Source of the DNA: Octopus vulgaris
Taxonomy: Eukaryota
NCBI GenBank assembly: GCA_951406725.2
Contig: OX597841.1
Span: 310,001-374,000 of the forward strand
Direction: 5' to 3'
Length of the DNA: 64,000 nucleotides
Below are positions 1 to 12,687 of this stretch, piece after piece. The position numbers and the translations under genes are program-made. Under the pieces are notes generated by a model, which was given only the letters and a program-made list of their open reading frames with translations, was not told where the DNA came from and did not search any database. Each line of letters opens with the position of its first letter. The stretch's first letter is position 1.

Positions 1-375
1 TGACTGGTATCAAGTCGAAATAATGAAGTCAAACGAAAATAGGGATGTTTTGAAATCATGTTGTAGTTGAAAGGACGGGTGGCATGCAAGATTCTAGGAG
101 TTCCAGCAAAACTTATTATAAAAAGAATTAATAACAATGGTTTCAAATCTTTTTCCACAAGGGCAACAATTTGGGGCAGGCCATGAATCTCACAGCGGTT
201 TGCCGCGGATAAAATTCTTTACAATACTGCTTCGCCTTCCCAATAAATAAGTTTTACAGGTCAAAAATGTGACACACATAACTGAATTGATCTAAATATT
301 TGTTTATCAGTATTACTGTTATTATGAAAATAATAATATGCATTTGTGTGCGCGTGTATGTGTATGCATACATAC

Positions 376-554
376 CTCCTCAATTGGAAGATGTTTCCAG
401 AAATCAAGGATAGGATGTCGGAAGAAGTTGGGACAAAAGACACCTCTGCATTTGTCCACATTCCAGGTTGAAGGACTTCCTATATTCATGAATGATTTAA
501 AGACTTTTGAACGAGCTCCCATTGATATGGCATAAGTTTTAATCCATTGGGTAT
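376..554 (-). CDS. Gene A coding exon 2 (secreted PAN/apple-like + unnamed-domain family)
   Basis: tttcag acceptor and GTATGT donor; 179 nt as in all four paralogues; encodes (N)TQWIKTYAISMGARSKVFKSFMNIGSPSTWNVDKCRGVFCPNFFRHPILDFWKHLPIEE. Exons 3-5 are expected left of the window. Confidence 0.88.
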
Positions 555-581
555 CTGAAATAATGATAATAATAACACAAC

Positions 582-636
<55 letters not shown>

Positions 637-1024
637 ATAGTAGTCATGATGATATTGGCTTCAAAACTCAATGCCAGTAACATAATTTCGGCAAAGAACT
701 TGCGCGCACTTTCAGAGTTGGGTATGGCGTTGGCATCCTGAACTGAACAGATGAGGAGGTATAGGAGATGGACAGGAAAACGAGAAAGCTTCTAAAGATA
801 CATGGAGCCCATCATCCACGTACAGACACAGTTTGTCTGTATGCGAGGAGAGCAAATGGAAACCTTGCTAGTGTCGGGAATGATGGAGTATTGAATGCAG
901 CGGAAAAAAAGTAAGACAAAGGAACAAATACAAAATGGACATGATAAAGCATAATTCAACAGGGGACTACACAATCATTTCCATGTAGCCAGAACAGAAG
1001 TTTCTGGAAAACATAGGGCAGCAA

Positions 1025-1385
1025 TTATGGGGAGGCCATGAATCGATTACATCGACCCCAGTGTTGAACTGGTACTTAATATATCGACCCCGAGTGGATG
1101 AAAGGCAAAGTCGACCTGGGCGGAATTTGAACTCAGAACGAGTCAACTGGCGAAATACCTATTTCTTTACTACCCATAAGGGGCTAAATACAGAGAGGAC
1201 AAACAAGGATAGACAAACGGATTAAGTCGATTATATCGACCCCAGTGCGTAACTGGTACTTATTTAATCGACCTCAAAGTGATGAAAGGCAAAGTCGACC
1301 TCGGCGGAAATTGAACCCAGAACGTAGCGGCAGACGAAATACCGCTAAGAATTTCACCCGGCGTGCTAACGTTTGCCGCTTTCCC
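1025..1385 (-). mobile_element. SINE (family 1, 'gtcgactttgcctttcatcc...gtcgat' core), partly duplicated
   Basis: Same sequence recurs at about 34405-34760 (+), 37149-37306 (+), 41148-41298 (+) and 47719-47950 (-). Confidence 0.75.
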
Positions 1386-2424
1386 CACTGAAAATATTAA
1401 CAACTTTAAAAGAATTTTTCACCGATCTAGTGAACCATATCATTGCAGTAAACAGTAAGTATGTATGTAAGTAACTAAGTAGGTACGTATGTTTGTACCA
1501 ATATAGTAGGAAACCGTCAGTTTTAACCATGAACCGTGAACTTTGGCTTTTACTTACAAGTATACTAGAAGAAAAAAAAACGAGTAGTCCACTTGATAAA
1601 TGTCAAATAAATGAAGATGTTCACCTGCTATATAGAGTGATACAACGCACCACCTAACAGTTTCAAACTTCATCAAAATCACAACAACCGAAAATGTTCT
1701 TACCATTGTTTTGAAGTGCAAAAAAAAAAATTGCCCAAATAAGTCCGGAGTTGGACGATGAGGGAAGGGTGTAAAAAAGGAGTATACAAAACTTTTTCAT
1801 ACAAAGATGCCTCATCCCCACCCCAACATTTCGAAGGCTGTGGTTTAAAAAAAAAATAGCAAAATCTTTGAAGAAATTTTCTCCACAAATTTCTTTACAA
1901 TCGTAATCTGTGCGTTTGAAGGGGATTTGTATAAATGTTCATTAAAAGATACTCATCTTCCTGAAAGTTATGAGGGAGTAAAGTAGATCGTGTCAATTTT
2001 CCAAAATCCTTCTCTCCTACCCCACAGGAAAATTCTTTCTTATAAATCCCGAAATACTCTGAAGCCACAACATCTAAGCAGTATTTTTAGAAACCTTTTT
2101 TTAAAAGTATGCATTTTTCTGGATGTCATGAAGCAACAAATTCGGGAGTGTATACATCTGTAGTGATGCCCTTTTATTTATACGATTTTTCCAATTCATG
2201 TTTATTTTATTTATTGTTTACAATACTCACTCTCTCCCCACTCTCTCACGCACTCACACACTACAAAGCTGTAAGAAGGGCTGCTGGATTGAAAGCACCG
2301 TGTTGCTTTGAGGGGAAGGTAAAACTTGACAAACTGCTTCTCCCTCTGTTGTTGGACTACCGTGATGTTTGTTTTACAGACAGAGATTATAACTGATAAA
2401 ATAATTCCTCTCTCCTTTGCTCGA

Positions 2425-2605
2425 GAAAGGGTGGGACAAGTTTGATCTGTTGTCAGGATTGTATCGAAGCAGAGGAAAATGGCCTAGGATGGTATATAAA
2501 AAATCATCTGTATACACGCAGAAGAGAGTCGATTCATATGAAAAAGAAAGTTACCTCGGCGGAATTAATCATGATGATAATGAAAAAAATAATAATAGTA
2601 ATAAT
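2425..2605 (+). mobile_element. R4/Dong-like LINE fragment in gene A intron 1
   Basis: Encodes ICCQDCIEAEENGLGWYIK; truncated homologue of the longer remnant at 31770-32460. Confidence 0.55.
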
Positions 2606-2616
2606 AATTCACTTAC

Positions 2617-2947
2617 TTCTGTAGAAGGACATCTCGTTGCGGTCGTTTGTTCTGACAACTGTCATAATATCTTTCGGTGAGTAATTCTTGCAAACACGGC
2701 TGACATTGTTGTAAGTGAAGAATTCCGATTGGCTGCTTAGAGAAATCGCGGCACATTTCAGTAGACATCGAGTGGAGAAGAATTGTTCTGTCGGAGGTTC
2801 CTGAAGGTAACGGTAGGAATACCCAGGAGCCAAAGATCTGTAGCTGCCTGTATAAAATTGCTGGTTTGAGGCAACGGTCAGAATTGTAGTAAGGGTTAAT
2901 AGCAGCACTGTGGTCACGGTTGGAATGGTAGAAGGAAACTGGAACAT
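2617..2947 (-). CDS. Gene A coding exon 1: signal peptide + degenerate PAN/apple-like domain
   Basis: ATG at 2947 preceded by acceptor ttctag|agccaag; hydrophobic VTTVLLLTLTTILTVAS; motif C-x10-FFTYN-x5-C; GTAAGT donor at 2616; 331 nt, phase 1. Confidence 0.9.
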
Positions 2948-5247
2948 CTTGGCTCTAGAATCAGTAGAGGACTATACTTATAAATATTTGTGTACGCATG
3001 TGTATGTGTGCGTGCGTGTGTGTGTGTGTGTGTGTGTTAGAAGATGAGGGAGAAAATTTAGAGAGAGATGAGATGAAGACAGAATTCAAAAGTGGGAGAG
3101 GTAAAGAGAAAGAGACAGAAGAGTAATTGATAGAGAGATAGAAATAGGGAGAAATAGGGAGAAATCGATCCTGGTATAAGGAGAGAAGTAGAGGAGAGGA
3201 GAGCATAGAGAAGGGAAGAGAATAGGTACGAGATAGCTAGAAATAGATAGTAATACAGAGAAGGAAGGAGATAAAGGAAGAGATACATTTATAAGGGGAA
3301 ATGAAAGGAGAAAAAGCTAATATCTGAATAAAAGAATGGCATGGTCACGGCTGGAATATCTTTCACTGAAGATCTGTTCGATCAGGATTGACCTGGCGCA
3401 TAATGATGTCGCTAACAGCAACAAACAAACAAACACACGAACGAAAATAACAACATGATAATACATTCATAACAATATATGGTGTGATGGCTACGGTCGA
3501 AACGGCTTTGATCATAGATCTGCTTAATCGCTACTGACCAAGTGTTAAACAGCAAGAAATATCGTCGCTCGCTTCTCCAGACAAACACATCATAAAGTCT
3601 GACTCAAGCCTCCAGGCCGGAGCTTATTCAGGTTGCCAAGGGTTATAGTGGACCCTTCTCCAGCTGTCACTTAAGGGTTATTTTCAATAGAGTGGAGTCA
3701 AAATGAAGTATCTTGTCGAAGGGTTCAATGCACCACCCGATTCAGAATTCACAATCTTTTGACCGTGAGTGAGCTAGCGCTCGCGCACATGCATGCACAC
3801 ATGCACACAGACTCACACACACACACACATACGCGTACGCACAAATGTATTCTTACCTTTGTTGTGGGTAGATGGGTTGATTTTGCTATTCGTGGGTAAC
3901 GAGAGACGTTGTCAGGTCTGTCCACTATGACTGTCCAGTAATGTCCTCTCCTCGGATGACCGTCCACTTATGAAGGATACCCGCAAATTCCACTTTCAGA
4001 ATTTTCCACAGATGTCACCACTGTCTCTAGATGTCAAGTCAGGACCCCTACAAATGCCAATATTGTTCACTGCATTCAAATGTTACAGAGGCCGACTAAT
4101 CCTTTTTTTCCTTTCAGGCTCAATAAAACAAGTAGTAGCTGAGCAGTGGGGTTCATATGATCAACTAGCCCTTTCCTACAAAATTTCAGATCCTGTGTTT
4201 ATAGCAGAAAGAATATTATCTACTGCTTCCTGAATTACCACGCAGGTAGGCACTGTCTCTAGATATCAATCCAGATTTCCTACAAATGACAATATCACCA
4301 CTGTCTCTACAAGGGAAACCGGAGCGAAAGGTTTCGAACTGTTCACTGATAGCAGCACTGCTCGCTTCTGTCACCAGTATCTGCAGCTACGACAACTCTG
4401 TACAATGGTCAATAACATACACAGTGAGAACAACACTTCCCATTTATGATATTATGTTTTCACCCACACGGAACTAAACTAACTGTCTCACATGAATGCG
4501 AACAGTCACACTTCACTGAGAAGATTAGATACCTATATGTCCGTTCAATAAGAAGTGTTCAGTATTGTTGTTGGTTGTGGCGGTGGTGTTGGTGTGTTTG
4601 TTGTGATGGTGATGATTGATGTAGTGGAGATGAGTGTGTGTAAAATTTTGAAGTGGTGTATAGATTTCATATGTTAATAAGAGACGGTAGTCAGGAGAGG
4701 ATTTGAATAAAAATCCATTTATTTAGGGCTTTCGGCCCTCTCAGGGATTCATCATGAATGATTTCTTATCGGAAATTTATAACTTTTATAAAGAAGTGAG
4801 TGGAAAAGAACCGGGAGTGAATTTGTTTTCTTGGGTTTGGGAATGAGAGTGATTGAAGGGGAGATATCTGAGATGCCCTTTGTCATTTTGATTCTATAGA
4901 TATATGTATATATTCCTGTGTGTATGCATGTGTCTATGTACGCGTATGTATGTATATGCGTATAAGCAGGCGTGTGTTCTGGCTTTCTGAAAGAGAGAAA
5001 GAAGTGTTCTTCTGGGATGGGTGAATTCGATGACAGGTCAAAGGAATCAAAACTTATTATGAATGAAATTAAATTTCTTTTAGTTATGGTGTGACTGACA
5101 AAATGTTTGGTCGGTTGTTCTGTTGGCGAGCTGAAGGAAATATAATCTATGGAATTATTTGGAAAACAGAATCTATGGAATTATTTGGAAAGGCATTTAA
5201 ATGTATGTTTGTGTTTGTGTCTAACCGTATGCGTGAGAGTGTGTATG

Positions 5248-5309
<62 letters not shown>

Positions 5310-6190
5310 TGTGTGTGTTTGTGTGTGTGTATGCGTGTCGGTTGTTTAAGTGAATTCTTCCAGTTATTTTAGTAACAGTAACGAGAACATCATTAATAAT
5401 AAAAATATATCCAGTAATAATCTGGTTTGGTTTCTTCTGCGAAAGTAAAGTTTTTTATAATATTTTAAAAATTTTATATAAACATATTTTCACACGTTTA
5501 CTTTTGATAGAAATTTTCCTGTAAAATATAGTTTCGTTGTCTTTCGGCCGTCTCATTCTCCTATGGTCATTTGTAGAAAGCGAAGATGTTGAATCTGCTG
5601 TTTCCGCTTATATCTAGACGTTTGCTCAGCGAAATCTTACGTAATTCGTTTTGTCGGATGTGCTGTCTGTGGATCCTTGCTCATTGGCAAAGGGAATTGT
5701 TGGTTTTGCCAAATAGAATTCTCTTTGCAATTTGGGAAGGTAATGCAGCATATTAGATTCTGTGTCTTAGAGTTCATATTCGCATTAATTGGAGGAAGGA
5801 TCTACTTTAAAATTATGTATGAGAACCAGTCTCGAAATATTTGAAGTTGTTGTTACTACACATTCCACACCTATTGTCTCCAAAATCCTTCACACAGAAT
5901 TCTGAATTATCGTCTGCTGCCAATTTTGCCCTTGTGATCTGTTTTTAAGATTTATTTGGTCGACGTTTGCTATTCCTTATGAGATTTCCATCAACAGAAT
6001 GTTTCATTTTGGGACATTGGAAAAGTATTGATAACTTTGTTTTCTTCTTCCCTTCTTTCCTGAGCGTCCAATGATTCTTTATTTGTTCCACGTCCTTGCG
6101 TTGTTGTTTTTTTGTTTTTTTGTTTTCTTGTTTGGATTAACTATATATATATATGTATATATATATACATATATATATATACATATATGT

Positions 6191-6313
<123 letters not shown>

Positions 6314-6429
6314 GGTTAAGTAATTGAGATTCAAGTGAATTCTAAAGAATTCACATGAATATGGTCCTTAACTAGGATGCACCGGATATCTATATGGTGT
6401 TAACCATACGACAAGTGGGGTGATTATAA

Positions 6430-7628
6430 ATAGGAAAAAAAGCAACAAGAATGGATTAAAATCTCGGTACGATCGTTTCGTACGAGGACATCTTTAATAA
6501 GCTACAAAAAATGCAGTGAATACAGATGGCTCGTACTCGTCCCAGAGAATTCCCAAACATCAAAAGGGGTAGATACAAAAGAGGTTGTAAGATTAACTGC
6601 ATTGAAGAAAGTGTACACATATAATATAGTGTAGTGTATTATAGTTTAGTATAATAATAATATAATTGTTTAATTTCATTTAAAAACATTATGTATGTAT
6701 TATAGTTTAGTATAATAATAATATAATAGTTTAATTTCATTTAAAAACAACCCCATTTTTCTTTCCTTTCTAATGACCTCTTTGTAACCTGACAATCTAT
6801 TAATAGTAACATTTATAAATAAAGAAATAAATTGTTGACCTCAGTTCGAATTTTGTTCTAAACAAACTTAGATTTTTCTGTTGGTATCAAATTGTGCCCA
6901 TCCCCTTAGCTTCCCCTTTCCTTTCTCTTTGACAGCTTAAATAGCAGTAACTGATTAAATTCCTACCCCCTTCCTCCTCTTTCTGTGATTCTTGAAACTT
7001 TCATTAACAACCTGAACCACTACAATATAAGACTGTCATTTTTGCTTCTCATTCGGACTCTCTGATATTTTCGCATGATTGTATCCTAAATCTCTCCACA
7101 TAACTGGATTACGAACTATAAGGACATACACAAATTTTGTAAGTTCAAGACTTTTTCATCGGATCTCCAAAAAATCGAACTTATCTGTGATTCTTGTAAA
7201 TTTCAATAACAATCTGTTCCTCTACACGATATGACAGTCACTATGTTTTTACTCAGACTTTCCTCTACATGATGTAGCAGTCACTTTGCCTCTTACTCGG
7301 ATTTTCAGAAATTTTGCATGACTGTATCCGAAAATTTCTTCATACAACTTGATCAAATATTCAATATGAGCTATATGTAGACATGCATAAATTCTTTAGG
7401 TTTAAAACCTTTCATCGGATCTCCATGAATCGAAATTTCTTCAATGCAGTTAATCTTACAACCTCTTTTGTATCTACCCCTTTTGATGTTTGGGAATTCT
7501 CTGATATTTTTTCGGCTGACGAGTACGAGCCATCTGTATTCACTGCATTTTTTGTAGCTTATAAAAGATGTCCTCGTACGAAACGATCGTACCGAGATTT
7601 TAATCCATTCTTGTTGCTTTTTTTCCTA
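6430..7628. mobile_element. Non-autonomous Penelope-like element with ~190-bp inverted ends
   Basis: 6430-6610 is the near-perfect reverse complement of 7436-7628. The right arm carries a hammerhead motif. The interior has two diverged ~200-250 bp repeats (from about 6982 and 7183). Lies between (TA)n tracts. Confidence 0.6.
7511..7596 (+). ncRNA. Type I hammerhead ribozyme motif
   Basis: tcgg-CTGACGA-gtacgag[loop]ctcgtac-GAAA-cgatcg-TA-ccga: intact core, 7-bp stem II, palindromic stem III, GUA cleavage triplet, stem I tcgg/ccga. Confidence 0.8.
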
Positions 7629-7649
7629 TATATATATATGTACATATAC

Positions 7650-7680
<31 letters not shown>

Positions 7681-7897
7681 CATATATATATACATATACA
7701 TATATATATATATATATGCATATATATACATATATATATACATATATATACATATACATATATACATATATATATATATTTACACATATATACACATATA
7801 TATATACATATATATACATATATATATATATATACATATAAATATATATATAAATATACGCATATATATATATACACATATATATATATACATATAA

Positions 7898-7936
<39 letters not shown>

Positions 7937-7941
7937 TATAC

Positions 7942-7972
<31 letters not shown>

Positions 7973-8107
7973 CATGTATATATGTTTTCATTACTTACAA
8001 GTGTTGTGTTCCCTAGAGCAACGAAAAGACAATCAAATTCAGTATAGAAACATATCTATATTACAGCAAATACATATGTACATACAGTCGTCCATATATA
8101 CACACAT

Positions 8108-8266
<159 letters not shown>

Positions 8267-8325
8267 CACATATATATATATGTGTGTATATGTATATATA
8301 TATACATATATATACATATATATAC

Positions 8326-8423
<98 letters not shown>

Positions 8424-9544
8424 AATTGCAGCGTGGAAGGTGTTTATAAGCCATTTAAGAAACACACAAAAACCGTTCGATTCACTTCAACATTTAAGTT
8501 TAATTTGTCAAAATATTTTCGTCGCTAAAATCCGCGACCTGTTCACTTACAAAGTCCGTGCTGCATCTAAGAAAGTAACAGTTAGTTCGTCATATATATG
8601 TACGTATGTATGTGTGTATGTATGCATACATGTGTGTATGTATGTACGTATGCATGTACGCACATACGCCTGTGTATGCATGTATGTAAGGATGTATGTA
8701 TATATGTATGTGTGTGTATATGCACGCACATACACTCTATAAAACATAAAACTATAAACCTGTAGCGATGGATGGATGTAGAGTGACCACTCCTCACAAA
8801 GCTATCAAATTTCAACTTCCTACGGCCGAAGCTAGAAAGTGATTTATGACGCTTACTCCCAAAACTATACCCTAAAATCTATTATCAGATTTTTATCTCT
8901 ATATCACAGAACTATTGTTTTACTATTGTGCGTATGTATGTATGTATGTACGTATGTATGTATGTATGTATGTATGTATGTATGTATGTATGTATGTATG
9001 TATGTATGTATGTGTGTATGTATGTGTGTATGTACATACTTACGCATGTGCGTATGTATGTATACGCTCTCGTGTGCATGTGCCCAAGTATGTGTGTGCG
9101 TACATGTACGTGCGTATGTACGTGTGTATGCCCATACGTAGGTATGTATGTATGTTTGTATTCATGTGCTACGTATGTATGTGAGTGTCTCGGAGAATGG
9201 GCAGATGTGTCTGTGAGAGTGTGTACATGTGTATGTGTATGCGAACGTATGTCCGTGTACTGGCATGTGTCCGTCCAAGTTGTGTACATGACTGTTACTT
9301 TGCTGAAGGTTGTATACATATTTACATATATGTTTGTATAGACGCACACACACATATATATATGTGTGTGGGTGTGTGTGTGTTTGTTCCTCTCATCATC
9401 GTCTAACCGTGAATGGATACAACGCCTAGGTGCAACTGTTCGTATCAAACAACGTCTGCTCATACCGTTGTATATAACTGCACATACGCGTTGCAACCCG
9501 TATGTAAGGACTACAGGTAAAAGGGGAGAGAGAGAGAGGGGTGG

Positions 9545-10000
9545 TTATAGAATAGTCCTTCTGAATGGGATCTGGATGTTATTCCATTCGGACTTTCGGT
9601 TGAGAGTAGGTTTGTATTCTTGTATACAAACAGCTTCTGTGACCTGTCTCAACATTGCATCGGTGGGGTGTCTTGATAGGATGTTCAACTTAAGCTCCCC
9701 TAAGGATCCCTTGTGGCAGTCTACAGCATGTTGGTAGAAGATGGAGTTTGGCTTCCTTTCAATGTATTCCACATGTAAATTGTAAAACCAAGGGCACTGT
9801 ATACCAGATTAAGTGCCAGGAGGGAGTTTGCGCGACTAACCCAGAGTCATACATAGGTGAGACCTCTAGAAGCATCAATGATAGGTTCAAAGAACACCTG
9901 GACAACTACATTGAAAGGAAGCCAAACTCCATCTTCTACCAACATGCTGTAGACTGCCACAAGGGATCCTTACGGGAGCTTAAGTTGAACATCCTATCAA
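9545..10000 (+). mobile_element. Penelope-like GIY-YIG endonuclease fragment with inverted duplicated end
   Basis: CKTKGTVYQIKC...YIGETSRSINDRFKEH (GIY-YIG); 9673-9766 is the reverse complement of 9907-10000. Confidence 0.8.
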
Positions 10001-10499
10001 CACAAGATTAAAGTGAAGCCACGAGCGGGTATGGATTTTGTAGACAGGTTCCTAAGTTTTAAGACACATTGCTTAAAAGCTAGTAAATATGTTGTATGAT
10101 TTGTAATGGTGTACATTATCTAATGGTGTGTCGGCACGCGAGCGAAGTATGAAACAATATTGATAAATGAAAATGTTAGAGCATAAAATCAGTTCAGTAA
10201 ATTAATTTAGTTCAAGCTGACAGTATTACGTCTAAGAGGTTCATACTTATATATCGACTGACAGTCACCAGATGAGGTTAGTTGGTTGAATTAATTCTTA
10301 TGTTGATTATCGTTGACATGACTGGCTCTCAGGTTTCGAAATTCATGTTTGGGCAGCAGGAAATATTTCAATGCTTAAATCGATGAGTTCGATTAAACTC
10401 AGCAGTCAGCAGAATCAGTGCTGTCATAGGTTCAATACATGGTTGCATTTATTGAAGCATAAACAGATTGAAAAACAACGTAGAAATGTTGCATTAATT

Positions 10500-11010
10500 T
10501 ATATATATAAAACTGTAGTTGTGTGAGTGTCTGTCCCCTTCGATTTAGATTCCTAACTACTCCCACATTTTGCGGTGCAGTTTAACCAAATTCGGGTATC
10601 TTATAGTCGTGATTCATATCGAGCCCGTCTGGCTATTAGCGCGCGTCTACGATGAGTCTACGATTTTAAAAATAATTTAACATAATTTTTTATTCCATTT
10701 TAATGCATAATTTTTCATGTGTCGATGGCGGCGGAGTTGGCGTCCACGCTCACAGCTGCACCTGTTTGCTTCTCCCCCTTCTTCCCTCCCTCGTTAAGCT
10801 GTGGGGAGGGGAGTGTAAGGAAATCAACGTCGTAATGCGTTGTCAAGGAGACCAGCGTTCTTTTAGAACAACGATATCATGGCTTGAAGACACCAAAACA
10901 GAAATGGCTTAGAAAGCCCGAATTGGCATCTATACAGGAAGTAACTCTCTAAAAATGCTTATATAGTTATTTCCCTTACAAACCCGAGCAACGCCGGGCG
11001 ATACTGCTAG
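10500..11010 (+). mobile_element. Non-autonomous Helitron-like element
   Basis: Starts in tatatatataaaa and ends with hairpin cccgagcaacgccggg followed by CTAG. Absent from the homologous site at about 24150-24170. Confidence 0.65.
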
Positions 11011-11321
11011 TTATATATATAGCAGGAAAAGTTTCAAGTTCGAATCCAGCTATTTTCTGTATATACATCAACGTATCATACACAGACCACATGATGTTCT
11101 TTTTATACTATTGTTTCGCAAACAATGTTTGAGGCTAGCGTAGTACAAGTGACTACAATGAAGGAAAAGGAAGAGGCATATTATTTAAAAAAGAAGTTGA
11201 TTAACTGAAAGCGTAATGGACCGAATATCAGAGCAAAGGAAAATAATCACACACACCACACATACACATACAAACACGCTCGCCCACAAACACATGCCCA
11301 CAGATATACACACACACAAAA

Positions 11322-11361
<40 letters not shown>

Positions 11362-11392
11362 CTTGTTTTATTAAAAGCGAAAACCTTCAGAA

Positions 11393-11434
11393 AACTCTTA
11401 CCCAGGCTTTCACGTGACCGTTCATCCGAGAGTT
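11393..11434 (-). ncRNA. Minimal type I hammerhead-like motif (one core substitution)
   Basis: Minus strand: aactct-CGGATGA-acg gtca cgt-GAAA-gcctggg-TA-agagtt; stems I and II pair perfectly, core U4 is G. Confidence 0.6.
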
Positions 11435-11481
11435 AGGATATCTCGGAATAATTAAATTATGTGAGTACATATATATTACAA

Positions 11482-11900
11482 TGCGAGATCTGATCAAAAC
11501 GTATCGGGACTGCTGCTATAAAGAGGAAACTACAACACATAGGAATTCAGGATTTCATCTCCTTCGAAGTATTTCCCTTCTGATGCAACACTATTTAGGA
11601 AACATCGTTTCAGTCGTTGCGAACATCCCTGGAACTCATTTCTGGGGATAGCCAGCAGCTGCCACGTCGCATTTTCTTGACATCTTCTTTGGCCTTCCAC
11701 TAGACACAATCAAGAAGATTCTGCACCACCGATGACCTACTTCACCTTCTGACAACCACACTCAAGACACTTTACTTCTAAACACTGCTATCAACAACGG
11801 AATTGAGTGAGAACTTTATAATCACCGTGAATGATCGCCATATTTCATTCTGTAACTGCCACCTCTGAAGTGTGCAGTGTTACATAATAGATCGGACTCT
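11482..11900. mobile_element. Degraded mariner-like DNA transposon remnant (second copy about 49127-49600)
   Basis: Begins with a mariner-TIR-like sequence (gagatctgatcaaaacgtatcgggact); shared by the downstream flanks of B and D. Confidence 0.4.
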
Positions 11901-11988
11901 TACCTAAAACTCCATTGAACCCTTAGTGACAAAACGATGGACTATATCGTCTGTAATGTATGCAAAAAACTCTACACTTTGATTTATG

Positions 11989-12125
<137 letters not shown>

Positions 12126-12687
12126 CAAATTTCGAGTGAACTTTCGTTATTTTCCCCTCTATGCCCACGTGAATAGTTTTTGAGTATATATTGTCTGGGA
12201 GACTCTTCTTATAGAAGAAAAAAGAGCTAAATTCTTTGGCTCTATATCTAAAGGTTCAGTATATAGTAAAGCAAATTTTTTTGCTGAAGCCTAATTATAT
12301 AAAGTAACACATATATATAGATATATTGTTTGTGTAATAAGGCTACCTTTTGCTTAATATTTAGAATATATCGCAATATCTTACAAATTTTCAAGCCGAT
12401 CACGTGTTATCTGTCTCCATTTTGGTTTAAAACACAAAACGGAGACGAACGCAGTTCATTCATTTGATCACCTTGAAAAAATTGTTGAGGTATTAAGCTA
12501 CTTTCTTCACGTGAAACCATAAATAGACTTAATACAAATATACAATATTTATTCACAAATGCGATGTTGAGAACCCATTCTAATTGTTTGACATTTACGA
12601 CAATATGTATATACACACATAAACACGCGCACATAAAAACACACACACACACACATATATCTAGTCAGACGGGAAATGGAAGAAAAA

